A stretch of DNA of 64,000 nt, taken from positions 4,278,001 through 4,342,000 of the forward strand of contig NC_043006.1 of assembly GCF_006345805.1 (NCBI RefSeq), read 5' to 3'. Source of the stretch: Octopus sinensis (Eukaryota). The notes under the pieces are model-generated. The model saw nothing but the letters and a program-made list of their open reading frames with translations. It made no database searches and was not told the DNA's origin. Of this stretch, positions 41,380 through 55,179 are shown in pieces. Positions within the stretch are counted from its first letter, which is position 1; each line of letters starts with the position of its first letter. The position numbers were made by a program, and so were the translations under genes.

Positions 41380-43322
41380 AATTAGATGTCATTAAAAACG
41401 TATAGGAACAATATCGTTCATCCTGGGGCCATGTCACTCCCAGAAGGGGGAATGATGTGCACCGAGAAAATAAGAGGAATCTATAAGAGCACCAATCGCG
41501 CAGAATCGATGCTACAATTCCTTTCCTCAACCGAAATAGAAAAAAATATTTGGAAGATGTGTAGCGTACCGTAGTGTATATCTCTCAAGGAATACAACAT
41601 GGGACCATGGTGGCCATCAAAGGATGTGCGTAGGAGGGTTACGACGGCCTGCATCCCAGTTCGCGATGCTACTCTTATATATGGAACGTTATGTGACGAA
41701 CGTGCGGGTCACAAGCGTACCTCCTCGTAGGGACAAGCACGGGGAAATAATGAGCATGAAATCAACACCCCATCAAAATAAAAAGAAGGAATTCCAAGTT
41801 TTAAGTGTTCCAGAAGATGTGGTTTCCATACCAAACTTTTTGTCTATCGGAGATTGTTTGGCAGATGCCGGTGGTCGTCAAGGGTAGGAAATCCAGATGT
41901 TATACATGTGGCAAAATAGATCAGCCCAAAGCTTTCTACGTCACAGTAGTGAAATGACTCGCACTGCATCGCTGCTTCCAACGCAAAATCTACTGTAATT
42001 ACAAAGAGAACGGTAGCAGAACCCACCACAACAACGATAAACATAGAAGCAACAAAACAAACCTCCACTCAAGGAAAGGCGTGAAAAATAGTCCCGTGAC
42101 TACCTCCATAATCACGACCACCACTACGAACAACATCAGTAAACGATACGGAAGAAATTAAATCCAAATCCAGGCAACTCTTCGGATATTGAAGTAGCTT
42201 TGGAAGACACCAAATCACCCTAGTGGGTAGTCAGGAATGGTGAAAATAGTGTCTTGACCACTAACCCCTCAAACTTTGTTTGCATCAAGTACGAGTGTCC
42301 CTAGTCTCATAAATAAATCGATAGAACAACAATTACAATACCCACGACAATAACTTCAACAACAAGAGACAATCCTGCAACAACAAAAGAAAAAAGAAAC
42401 GACATTCCGAACAACAGCGCGAGTCACATCGGGATCGGAAAGAAAAGGACCAAAGCCAAAAGCAACCAAACCGACGCCCACCTCAATTACAATGGACGTA
42501 ACATTTAGAGCAACACCTGACGGATGAGTCTCCCAACTGAACAGTTCTCCGAAAGTAAAACGTTGATCTCATGAAGTTTACAAACTCAGGTAAAAGCAAA
42601 AGTTTAACAAATGAGGCTTTTGATGCCCTCAACGTTTCCAAAACTATACAAGAAAAGGCTCTGGTAGGAACGCCAGCAACAATGTACAGTGTTTCGAAGA
42701 AAAGTTTCCAACATGATGTGGAAGGATTGAAAAACATTTACACAGAAGAATCTTAGAAGACTCATACAACGTCCTGGAAAAAGTTTTCTTAGATCTGGTC
42801 GGTAGGTCTTGGATATAAGCAACAGAAAACGAAACAGTAGAGCCCGATGGGAACATCTCACTCCTTAATTTTGTTGGGTGATTGGAATGGGACTTTGAAC
42901 GCAGACAAATATTTTCTGGGATTAGTCAAACTCGTAACCTTTATAGTTGACATAGAAAAGACTAATAAAAAGGATCCTGTTACAGGAAGATAAATGCATC
43001 CATTCCTGTGTGAAAATGTCCCAAGGATCAGATTAGTATACGAGTCAAGCAAATATTGATAGGAGATATAATCTAGAGTAAGTGATGTGTTTTACTAAAG
43101 AGAAAAATCAGTGACATCTGTTAGTTTTAGCAGAAATTGTTATAGAAAACTACAGGTGAATGTGTAGCTGTGTGGTAAGAAGCTTGCTTCCCAACCACAC
43201 AGTTACGGGTTCAGTCCCACTGCGTGGCACCTTGGATAAGTGTCTTCTTCTATAGCCTCTGTCCAACCAAATCCTTCTGAGTGGATTTGGTAGACGGAAA
43301 CTGAAAAGAAGCCCGTCGTACA

Positions 43323-43356
<34 letters not shown>

Positions 43357-44270
43357 ATATATATATATATTGTGTGTGTGTGTGTGTGTGTGTGTCTGTC
43401 TGTCTGTGTCTCTGTGTGTGTACACTTATATGTATGTGTGTGTTTGTCCCCCACCATCGATTGACAACCGATGTTGGTGTGTTTAGGTCCCCGTAAACCA
43501 GTGGTTCATAAAAAGAAACCGATAGAATAAGTACTAGGCTTACAAAGAATTTGTTCGACTCAAAGCGATGCTCCAGCATGGTGGCAGTCAATTGACTGAA
43601 CCAAATGGAAGAATAAAAGGATAGAAAATAAACTAAATAGTTTAGAAGAGGCACATAGGAGATGAAAGGGATAGCAAAGGACGTGCTAGCGGTGAGAATG
43701 GATCTCGACCATTTCTTCGACGCTAAACACGAAGGTTACATTATTTGAGCTACAGTGAATTCTCTGGAACACGTAAGCTCAAATATGGTCAGTTGGGCCC
43801 GTGTGGTGGAGGCACAGTTTACCATTGCAGCAAGAATTATGTCAGTAGCAGACCGCAGCGGTCTTGTGCTCTCCGATTCCGAGCAACTGAGCGCTATGTT
43901 TCCGTAGCATTTCGTTAAACTGTTTTCGAGGAGCGATATACTTGAGACAGCGGGCTTTAAGGCCTCATTCCATGATTTGCCGCAACAATCGGACTGAGAG
44001 ACTGAGTGTTGTGAAAATCTAATTTCAGCAAACATCATGGAAGGGAACCGAGAATAGATCTGGTTTTGGTAAGGGCTCTGGTCAATTTGAATCAACCCAA
44101 AGCATTTGACAGGGTAGGTCATCGCCACATGTCTGCTCGTTCCCGCCTTCAGAAGCTGGGTCACCAAAATGTAAAGCGGCATCTGCCTGGTGGTCAAATT
44201 CCACTTTCAGTATCAAATTTCATCCCCCAAAGATGCCCCCTCTTTTCGGTCTTACATGCTTAAGAGTTGG
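41380..44270 (+). mobile_element. Highly decayed L1/Tx1-like element pieces
   Basis: ALVNLNQPKAFDRVGHR (44066-44263) resembles the Tx1 RT motif LD..KAFDRV.H; zinc-knuckle-like CYTCGK near 41898; interrupted by a SINE. Confidence 0.45.
43155..43620 (+). mobile_element. SINE family C
   Basis: Full-length copy homologous to 7981-8385. Confidence 0.85.
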
Positions 44271-44454
44271 ATCCCTAGTTGCGAAGGGTGAGCTTGTGGA
44301 GAATTAGTGGCAATCGAGTGTAACAGAAGATAGCGGTGAAACACAAATAAAAATACAAAACAAAACTTAAATTCCAACCCACATTAAGGTATAAACAATA
44401 ATAACAGTAATCCTTTGTACGTGAAATACAAATCTCATATTTTCGTATTTGGGA

Positions 44455-44615
44455 GGAAGGGGTCAACTCGATTACATCGACCCTAATGCGTAACTCGTAT
44501 TTAAGTTATTGATTTATCGACCCTGAAAGGATGAAAGGCAAAGTCGATCCCGGCGGAATTTAAACTTCGAATGTAACAGCAGATGAAATACCGCTAAGCA
44601 TTTCGCCCGGCGTGC

Positions 44616-44617
<2 letters not shown>
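44455..44617 (-). mobile_element. SINE family B fragment
   Basis: Homologous to 4620-4848. Confidence 0.75.
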
Positions 44618-44680
<63 letters not shown>

Positions 44681-44691
44681 TAATAATAATA

Positions 44692-47600
44692 AAGAAAACA
44701 ATAAAACTAATGGTGACATGACAGATGAACAAAAGGCAATCTACAACAGAATAAAGGCAAGACTACAGGAGAACGATAGCGACATTATTTCCAAAGTTAA
44801 AAAAAACGTTCATCGATGGAAATTGAACCAAGAAACGAAAAATATTAATCAAATTCTTAAATGCATCAGAACAAACATCATCACAGAAACAAATAATTTG
44901 ATCAAGGCAGCAAATATTGTTGTAGCAGAAAACGTGGGTGTTGAGGTCAAGAAAAAGAAACATAATGGGAGTGACAAAAGAAAAGATCCATGGTGGAAAA
45001 GGAGAATATAAGCAGGATTAGACATGCTCTCGAAGGAAATCTCTATGTTAGACTGAAAAGGGATAGGGGAGCTTAAAAGTGAACAAAAATACAGGGCGCT
45101 AAAAGGGAAGCATAATATTGAAAGAAAAGGCCTGAAAGTAGTAAAGAGGAATTGAAACAGCACCTCGTTGCCAAGAAGAAAAAGATGGTAAGTTACGACC
45201 AAAGAACGAAGAGTTACCACCAGACTAGGTTATTCAGAGTAGATCAGAAGAGATTCTATAAAGAAATAAATATAGAGTGTACAGATGAAAAGTTGATACC
45301 AGATACGAGGGGCGTTCAATAAGTAATGCCTCTGACCCACTTCCCATAGCAGTAGAGCAACGAAACTTGACACAGTTATTAGTCTTTTTCTACATAGGAA
45401 CCACCCAGAGTTACGCATTTCTCCCATCGTTTGATGCAGCTCTGGAGACCGTTTTTGTAGAAGAACCCAGCTTGGTCCTCCAACCTCAACGTGACTTCAG
45501 AAATCAAGGCTGCATCATCTGGGAAACGCTTTCCTTTCAAAAACAACTTCATGATTGGGAAGAGGTGAAAATCAGAGGGTGCAAGGTCAGGAAAGTAGGG
45601 GGGATGGGGAGGAGTTCATAGCCATACGCCTGTGCTTCTGATCTGGCGACAAGCGAGTTGTGGACCGGAGCGTTGTGCTGCAGGAGGAGGATGCTTTGCT
45701 GATTTTGCCCCGCCTCTTGATTTTGATAACTTCTCTTAATTTCCTCAAAAGTGAAGCATAATAGGCTCCTGCAATTGTGGTGCCCTTTGCCAGGAAATCT
45801 GTCATCACTACTCCGTCCTGGTCCCAGAAGACTGTGAGCATGACCTTGCCAGCGGAGGGCTGCACCCTTGCCTTCTTTGGAGGGGGTGAGTCACGGTGCT
45901 TCCACTGCATTGACTGGGCTTTGGTCTCTGGATCATCGTGATGGACCCAGGTTTCACCCTGTGTAATCAGTCTTTTGAAAAATTTTGACTCATCTTCTTG
46001 GCACATCTCCAAATTCACCCTCGGGCACTCGACGCGTTCTTGCTTCTGGAAAGGCGTGAGCAACCTGGGAATCCATCTGGCAGACACCTTTTGCATATGC
46101 AAATGGTCATGAATGATAGTTTCCACAGACCCGGTACTAATGTTGACCTAATGGGTTATTTGGCGAATAATTATGCGTCGATCTTCCAAAATGGCAGCCT
46201 CAACTTGACGGACAGATGCCTCATCAATGGCAGAAGGGGGCGACCAGATCTGGGAGCTGTTTCCACAGAGTTCCGACCATGTTTGAATTCACGATGCCAG
46301 CGTTTTACAAGGTCATATGATGGGGCATCATCACCATAAGTTACTTCCATTTCATCAAAAGTCTCCCGTGGTGTGCGTCCTTTCAAATACAAAAACCGGA
46401 TCACTGCTCTACACTCAACAGGCTCCATTTCACACTTGACTCGGTTCAAACACCTGTAAATCAGAAACCACAATTAATTCAGAGCTGTAATTTGCCACTT
46501 ACTCTATAGAGATATAAATAATTGCACATGCAAAATGTCAGCTAGATCAAACAACTGCAAGTGGGTCAGAGGCATTACTTATTGAACGTCCCTCGTAACA
46601 ATGAAAGCCAAAGGCTTTGGAGTAACAAGGAGTACAAGAAGGATGCTGAATGGTTGCAAGAACTGAAACAAAAAGTAGTCTGTCCAAAACAGGCAGAAGT
46701 AGTCGTTTCAGTTCGAGAAGGGAAGGAAATTAACAAAAGAATGAGCAACTGGAAGGCCCCGGGATCAGATGAATTTCAAGGTTTCTGGATCAAAAGGATC
46801 GGTGTAAATCGTGCACGAATAGCTGCACAATTCAACACCTTGTTAAATGCCGACCAATAACACCAGTGTGGTTGACATTGGGTAGGACTGTTCTGTGCTT
46901 GAAAATCATCGAAAAAAGACAATTAGAGGCCGATATCCTGTTTGCAACTTACCTGGAAGTTATTGACTGGAATACTCGCAGAGTCAATGTTTGAACATCT
47001 GGAAAAAATGGAGTCCTGCTACGTGAACAGAAGCGTTGCAAGCGTAAGTGCAGATGTACCAAGGATCAAATCCTGATAGAAAAAACTGTACTTAGAGACT
47101 GCAAGAGAAAGAAAACTAAGTTAGCCATATCATGGATCGACTATCGTGAGATGTACAGTATGATCCCACATTCTTGGATTATGGAATGTATGAACCTATT
47201 TGGTATTGCATCAAATGTTGAGCAACTGCTTGGAAAAAGTATGGCGAATTGGAGGATGGACCTGACAGCATACAGAAGAGGTTTAGGGACAGTATAAATT
47301 AGGAGAGGTAACTTCCAAAGGGACTGCCTGTCCCCACCGATATTTGTTCTGTAATTGATACCATTAACACTGATTCTGAGGAAAGCAAAAGCAGATTATG
47401 TATTCAAAAGCCGCCAACAAAGTCAGTCAGTTATTTATGGATGGCGTCAAACTTTATGGTAAAGACGAATCCCAGGTCAGTTCCCTCGTTGATACGGTGT
47501 ATACTTTCAGTGCTGATATAAGAATGAAGTTAGGCCGGAGAAAGAGTGAGACGTTAGTCTTGAAGACAGGCAAAATCAAATGCATGGGCGGGTTAACGAT

Positions 47601-48811
47601 ATCGTCAGGGAAGGTTATGAAGCAGATAGAAGACACAGGCTATAATTACTTGGATATTTTGGAAATGAATAAATTGATGGAGAAGAAAATGACACAAACA
47701 TTTAATGTGGAGTATTTGAGCAGACTGAGACTGATCCTTAAGTCGAAATAAACGGACGGAATAAGATTGAAGCTATCAACACTCAGGCCGTTTCATTGCT
47801 TAGATATGGAACAGGGGTGATCGGATGGACAGTAGAAGAGCTAAATAACTTAGACAGAAAGATAAGGAATTTGCTCACTAGATATGGGACACTCCACCCA
47901 AAAATTGACAGAAACAGACTGTGTGTACCAAAGAAAAAAGTGGGAAGAGGACTTATTGGATGCGAACACAGCATTAGAGCAGAAGAAAAACATAGCATGG
48001 TATGTCAAAATGTCACAGAACCGCTATTATTTGACGTAAGAAGGTCAGGCATGTGTAGGATGAAAGATTGCAAAGATAAAACACTACAAAGAAATGAAAA
48101 GGAAGGAAACGGAAAATAGGTGGGGAAAGAAAAGAATGCTTTGTCAATTTCATAGGGATGTTAAAGATAAGACAAACAGAGAAAAAAGATGGCTGTGGAC
48201 ATAATGGTGAAAGTGTATGGCATATTACCAGCCAATGTACGCCACTAGCCCAGAAGGAACATAAGAGACACCACGACGATATAGCCAGACTTGTCCATTG
48301 GACAATTTGCAACAAGTATGAACTTAAAGCAAAAAACTGGTACGACTACAAACCCGAAGGCATCATCGAAAATACAGATGCAAAGATCCTATGGATTTTC
48401 ATGATTCAGTGCGACGTTGAGATAGAGAATAGGAAGCCCGACATAGTCTTAATTGAGAAAGAAAACAAACTATGCTGGATCATAGATATAGCATGTCCAG
48501 TTGATAGCAAGGTATGCGATAAAGAAGAAAGAACATTCGATAGATATGACAAAGCAGCTCGGGAAGTTAAGCAGTTATGGTCGATGAAAAAAGTAATAGT
48601 AGTACCAATAAGTGTCGGAGCCCTAAGAACAGTGAGCAAAAATCTCGAGAAGTACATGGAACAAATAGGGGATGCAATAAGGGTGGAACACTTGCAGAAA
48701 ACAGCACTGCTTGGAACCGCTCGAATACTCCGGAAGAGGTGGTACATTTGTTCACTGGTAGTGAACAGCTGACAACGTAGTACATCCCCAGCGTTAGAAG
48801 TTGTGCAAAGG
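44692..48811 (+). mobile_element. Second, older R4/Dong-like LINE family in (TAA)n, interrupted by a mariner
   Basis: ORF pieces DPWWKRRI, NWKAPGSD, LFMDGVKLY, HITSQC..LA..E.KRHHD, RKPDIV, LQKTALLGTARILR; (TAA)n at both ends. Confidence 0.88.
45306..46595 (-). mobile_element. Full-length mariner (1290 bp), frameshifted transposase
   Basis: 37-bp TIRs CGAGGG(G/A)CGTTCAATAAGTAATGCCTCTGACCCACTT with 1 mismatch; TA TSD (45304-45305, 46596-46597). Motifs WIPRLL, ETWVHH, GKVMLTVFWD, PDLAPSDFHLF. Confidence 0.95.
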
Positions 48812-48838
48812 TAATAATAATAATATAATAATAATAAC

Positions 48839-48942
<104 letters not shown>

Positions 48943-48962
48943 TGATAATAATAATAATAATA

Positions 48963-49983
48963 GAGGGAAGTACGGCAACTATTGTTGCAAAGAAGGTGAA
49001 AATGATGGCAATGAAGAAAGCGCACGAGCAATTGGCTGATAGGTGGGAGGAGAAACCTCTGCACGGCAAATATGTGACCCGCAGCAAACAAGCTGATGTT
49101 GACCAGAAGCAAACCCATCAGTGGCTACGGAGCTCAGGGCTAAAAGCAGAGAGCGAAGGTTTCATCCTGGCTGCTCAAGATCAAAGCCTATTAACCCGGA
49201 CTACCAGGCCAATGTGATGAAAAATGGAGCAGACCCAAAATGCCGATTCTGCAACGACATGATTGAAACAGTGGACCACCTAATCTCTGGATGTAAAGTC
49301 TTAGCACCAGTGGAGTATAAATTAAGACATGACAGAGTTGGCCAATATCTCCACTGGCTAATAAGTCGGCATTACAATATCAAAACTGCCGACAAGTGGT
49401 ATAATCACCACCCTGAGGCTGTAACTGAAGGAGAAAATGTAACGATTCTGTGGGACTTTCCAGTACATACAGACCGAACCATCAAGGCCAATAAACCAGA
49501 TATTGTCGTGAAAGACCAAAACAATAAAGTTTGCTTATTGATCGACATGAGCATCCCCTGTGATTATAATATCTCAGCGAAAGAGTTTGACAAGCTCAGA
49601 AAATATAAAGACCTACTCATTGAAATTGAGAAAATGTGGCATCTCAAGGTGGTTACAATACCAGTGATCGTAGGAGCACTAGGAATGATCAAGAAGGGAA
49701 CCGAAAATTATATGAGAATGATCCCTGGCTTACCATCCCTGCAAGAAGTGCAAAAGATTGTCTTAACTGGTACATCACACGTATTGAGAAGAGCATTGTC
49801 GATGTGAGAACTGTTGCTGCTCATGTATTTTAATTTAACTTTAAAAAAAAAAATAAAATAAAATAAACGAACTACTGAGTTTGGTTTAATGGCCTACCAA
49901 TGTATACTATGAGTTTCTTTGCCCTAGGAGTCGGGAAGACACTCGACAAGAAATGGAAGCACATTTGAAAGAAGAAAAAAAAG
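48963..49983 (+). mobile_element. 5'-truncated copy of the R4/Dong family at 35083-38005
   Basis: Near-identical reverse complement of 35083-36102; (TAA)n on both sides. Confidence 0.95.
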
Positions 49984-49997
49984 TAATAATAATAATA

Positions 49998-50054
<57 letters not shown>

Positions 50055-50055
<1 letters not shown>

Positions 50056-50299
50056 TCTGCTAGAATCGTTAACACGCTGGGTATTTGTCCGTCATTGTCT
50101 TCTGAGTTCAAATTCCGCCGAGATCGACTTTGCCTTTCGTCTTATCGGGCTTTCGGGGACGATAAATTAAATACCAGTTGTGTACTGGGCTAGATCTAAT
50201 CGACTGGTCCCCCTCCCACATTACAGAATTTGTGCCTATAGTAAAAAGGAATCTTCTTCTTCGTCTTCTTTTTCTCCTTCTTCTTCGTCTTCTTCTCAA

Positions 50300-50334
<35 letters not shown>

Positions 50335-50353
50335 TACTACTACTACTACTCTG

Positions 50354-50424
<71 letters not shown>

Positions 50425-50625
50425 GTCGTTGAATTGGCAGAATCCTTAACACAACGGGGGGAAATACTTAGCGGTATTTCGTCTGCTGCTACGTTTTGAG
50501 TTCAAATTCGACCAAAGTGGACTTTGCCATTTATCCTTTCGGGGTCGATTAAATAACTAACCATTACGCACTAGGGCCGATGTAATCCCTTCCACCAAGT
50601 CTGAGTTTTTGTTTCCAGTAGAAGA
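50055..50625 (+). mobile_element. Two SINE family B copies separated by (TAC)n/(TAT)n
   Basis: GAGTTCAAATTC...GACTTTGCC..T.TC...TCGGGG heads at ~50055 and ~50430. Confidence 0.7.
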
Positions 50626-50685
<60 letters not shown>

Positions 50686-50700
50686 TATTATTATTATTAT

Positions 50701-51725
50701 TCACTAGTTTTATTTTTATAGCGGGCTTTCACTTCACTACCGAGTGCAGCTCTGTGTTCCTTGGGTATGTGTTGTGATTTGTTGTGGTGCTCTGATGGTT
50801 ATTGTATGGAAAGTGTTCTGCGTAGGATGTGTGCAGTGCCTAGTAGTGCACTTTTCTGTATGTTATATGTGTTTGTAAGTCCTGGTGTTTTTGTTATGTA
50901 TTTGTCTGAATATTTTTTTATCATGCCTAATGCACCTACTATGATAGGAATTGTTTCTGTTTTCAGATTCCACATTCTAGTTACCTCTATTTCCAGGTCT
51001 TTGTATTTTGAAAGTTTCTCCATTTCTTTTAGAGACACGTTGTCATCTGCTGGTATTGATACATCAATTAGAAAGCATTTTTTCTTCATGATCTCTGACA
51101 ACTATATATGGAGTGTTGGCCTTAATTTCTATATCTGTGTGTATCCCAGAGTATGGTTTCTTTCTCGTTTTCTGTGACCTTTTCTGGTGTGTGCCTATAC
51201 CATCTCTTTTCTGTTGTTATTCCATAATGTTGGCATAGCTTCCAGCGTATGTAGGTCCCAAATCTGTCATGTCTGTGAATATATTCCTTCTTAGCCAGGA
51301 CTGGGCAGCTAGAGATAATATGATTTATTGTTTCTTGTCCATCTCCACATATTCTGCAGTTACTTGTTATATTTCTTTTCATTATAGGTTTTTGGTAATT
51401 CCTGGTGGGGAGGCTTTGCTCTTGTGCTGCATTTAAAAATCTCTCCGTCTCTGCTTTGAGTCCTGATCTTCTCATTGCTGGGGTTTTTCTTTGTATATTT
51501 CTTTTGCATTTAGTTTGGTCCAGTATTTGCCATGAAGGGGTTTTCTTGCCATCGTTTTATCATGGTCCGTTGCTGTTCTAGTTTTAGTTTGGATTTCATT
51601 TGTTTTATAGCTTTTGTTGTGTTTTCTTCTTCTTCTTCTTCTTCTTCTTCTTCTTCTTCTACTTCATATTTGTTAGGTGGTATGGTTTCTTGTTTATATT
51701 TGTTGTTATTATTATTATTATTATA

Positions 51726-51788
<63 letters not shown>

Positions 51789-51942
51789 TAGTTTTATTTT
51801 TATAGCGTGCTTTCACTTCACTACCGAGCGCAGCTCTGTGTGCCTTGGGTATGTGCTGTGATTTGTTGTGATGCTCTGATGGTCATTGTATGGAAAGTGT
51901 TCTGCGTAGGATGTGTGCAGTGCCTAGTAGTGCAATTTTCTG

Positions 51943-51945
<3 letters not shown>
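50701..51945 (-). mobile_element. Third R4/Dong-like family: 3' fragment (50701-51700) plus short 3'-end copy (51785-51945)
   Basis: ORFs 51122-51475 (CRIC...ETINHIISSC, RHD) and 50799-51101 (IDVSIP, ALLGTAHILRRTL); TAA-type tracts at the ends. Confidence 0.88.
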
Positions 51946-52004
<59 letters not shown>

Positions 52005-52085
52005 CAACATCATCATCATCATCATCATCATCATCACCACCATCATCATCATCATCATCACCATCATCCTCATCATCATCATCAT

Positions 52086-53100
52086 GAGCTGCCATTATTA
52101 ATCCTTCTGTCTCTTTATTGAAAAATCTCCTTTTCAACCAATTTCAAGTGTCTTCTGCCTCTGTTCTTTATAAACTGAATGTGCAAATGTTTTTCCATAT
52201 AACTTTTACTTTACTTATTTAATTTTACAATGTTTCTAGAATACAACTTAAATTTCAATATCAACTTGATCCTTCTGAAATGCTCCGTCAAAATGGTTTC
52301 CTTCATTTCTCTGTTTTTGTTGGTATCTGATTCGACAAACTTTTGGTGGTTTAAATGATTTCTAGTCGTTCACTCTGCTTTATCTTCCCTCTCTTCAATA
52401 CCAAATAATACTTTTATTCATGCGAAATTCCATGCGTATGTCACAACTGAAAATACTTACTGTGTTCACAAATGAGCTAATTTCATCTCAATTTTTCCTA
52501 TAAATCTCCATGTATTGTAGGCAGTTAATCACTTCCACTCCATTTCCCAAATTTTATCCAGCTTTGCCATTTCTCAAAACCATCGACAGAGATATTAGTA
52601 TTTACACAAAGAAGTGTGGTCATAGATTATCTCCCTGAAATATTCCTCCTCTGATGTTCACTGTATCCAATGACCTTCCTACAGACGGTAACTCATTTTA
52701 GCAGTCTTTGTACACTTTCTACCACTCAAAATAACCACATATATTTCCTTATCCAATTGGAAGGGATCATGTCATAGGTCTTTTTGTAATTTAGGCAGAC
52801 CACTCTTTGTCCCCTTAACCTTCTTCTGCAATTCCTTAATATTATCTTGTCTATTAACACCTAATCTTTTGTCCCACTTGACCTGCGTTTAAAACTCTTC
52901 TTCTCGTCTGATAAAAATCTTTGATAATTTTAAAATGTCTACAATTCTTCAGTTATTACTTCTGTCACCAGTTATCACATGATTGGTAAATGTGTTATTG
53001 GTCGATTGTCTGAAACCGAATTAACCTTTGACGCATCCTTCAACACTAAAATGGTTTTCACATGTGTCAGTCTAAGTGGAATATCCTCCACTCATTCCGT
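52086..53100 (-). mobile_element. Decayed RLE-type LINE RT relic
   Basis: Remnants YKKTYDMIP, IRGGIFQGDNL and KETEGLIMAA. Confidence 0.55.
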
Positions 53101-54300
53101 ACAGTGATGCCAGCAGTTACTGGCCCTTCCTTCATTATCATGCTCGGACACTCAATAAATCTATGCTCGTCTGACATTCTAGGCATCAGGCAGAGAATTT
53201 CAGACTTCGCTTCACCCAGGACTGCAGCCTAGTGAAGGAGAAGTGCTTCACAGAGTCCACACACGTTCACCGTCAAGAAATCGTTGCAGCTGTCACAATC
53301 TCATCGCGTGTCTGAGCATCAACACCCAGAGCATTTCTAAGCCGCTATACAGAGGGTAATCCTGCAGACAGCTGGAAGATTTAAAGCAGATTTTCGAGGG
53401 TTCACATTCCTCTCATAATGTACTACTAGCCCTACACAGTTCTTCCATCCGTCAAATTCTAATCTAGTCTCTTACAAGTAATAAAGTGCGAGATTGAAGA
53501 AATCTGTGTTTCCAGCTCCTGTTAATGTGTAAACCGTGGCAATTCTGAAGGCACTACCCCCGTTGATATTCACGTTCAGCACCACCAAGACGACGGACAA
53601 TGAAGATGACAACCACCACAGACACTACAATCACCGAGTCTGTGCAATATGGAGAGGTTTGATCGAAAGAAGAATTTAGATTGTTGTTGTTGGTTTGGGA
53701 AGCAGGAAATTTGGGAAGAGCTTGCTCTTCCGTGGAATCAGGCAACAAATATTCCCGCTGCCAATGTTCAGGTGTAGGGGTCCTCAGCCGTTCATGGCGT
53801 TGTTGTAGATGGGGTTGTGGTGTTATCAACACATATCACTTCAGTTTTTTCAATTGTGGGTAGAAAGCTGCGTGGAAGGCTGTTTATAGAGAGTTGGTCA
53901 GTTGCAGCAACTTCCCACAATATCTCCATGGAGTCTGACGGGAGAGGAAATGTTGAAGGAAAGGAGAACAACATAGGAAGAACATTACACACACGCACAT
54001 GTGTATAAGTGTGTGTCTGTGTGTCTGCGCGTGTGTATGCAGGGGCGATCGATGTTTGTTTATCTTCGACATTATCACTCATTAAAGTTATAATCTATTA
54101 TGTTCACCACTTCGAATTATAATTGAATTCGGTCTTGGAAGTTTAAATATTAATCTGAAAATAAAATCAAAGATAAATTCATCTCATGGAACAGGGGCCA
54201 AAGCTTGTCCTTCGAAGAATCTGCAATGGGAAAGAAATGGCATTGAACTTTCTAGTATTTTGTATTTTCTTCTTTTACAGATAAATCTACGCCTGAAAAT

Positions 54301-54482
54301 ATGTGCCGACAATTGAAATTGACGTTTGTGTTGATACTCTATATAAGTTTCTGTTTGGAGTCTCATGCGGCGTCAGACATTTGCACCATATGCAAATGTG
54401 AAAATTCTAAGACAAATATAGATTGTTCATCTCGGCGACTGACTTCGATCCCGCAACCCATTCCACCGAATGTTGAAAGTTT
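54301..54482 (+). CDS. First coding exon of a secreted or membrane LRR protein (signal peptide + LRRNT)
   Basis: Acceptor tcttttacag|54281, ATG 54301, donor TT|gtaagt (phase 2). MCRQLKLTFVLILYISFCLESHAASDICTICKCENSKTNIDCSSRRLTSIPQPIPPNVESL = hydrophobic leader plus CxxCxC...C....L..IP..IP cap. Confidence 0.9.
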
Positions 54483-55179
54483 GTAAGTATTAGACCATTT
54501 CTATATATTTTCCGCATTTAATATTTTAAATTATCGTTGGTTATGTTCTAAATACCTCAGCTTTAAACCATAATGTTATGTTGGAGTAAAAAGGGCAAAT
54601 ATGTTAACTGCCGTTAAGTCAAGTAAATTATTTCTCTGTGTATTTTGACTCATGGAATCTTTAATTTACAATATCCGAACTTTGATTATGTTAGTTTATT
54701 ACATCAAAACTCTTTATGGCAATATTCAAGGAAGGCAATGTATGAAAACTGTTGCAAAAATCGTTGCATATATTGTTGTTATGAAGGAGAGTATAAAATG
54801 GAAGAAATATTCCGATAAATATAATACTACTGATCGATATCGAAATACTGTACTCCAGTTTTACAGTAGACAACCACTAATGGATCTACAATTGATTCTA
54901 ATGAGAAATAATGTTCATGGATCATGCGGCTGGTTTAAAACATGTTACGCGTTCTTTTGTACGTTTTTACTGTGAGGTGGACAATTCAAATTGGTGATGG
55001 AACGCGTGGTGTCTGTCAGCCGGTTTGATGGGCTGTTTGAGTGCTTTTTGTGATAGTTGCTGTGTGCTTAGGATTGTTTTTGCTGAGGATTGTTTTATGC
55101 TGCTTTGCAGCAGTTCTTTGAGTGTAACGCCATCATTGTTTGGTGGGTGGTACTGACTAACGAAAAGGAAGAGCTTTTG

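Noticed and set aside
50425-50700. SINE family B mobilised by the TAA-targeting Dong elements
   Set aside because: SINE B tails run into (ATT)n on the sense strand, opposite to the Dong (TAA)n polarity, and no shared 3' sequence is visible.
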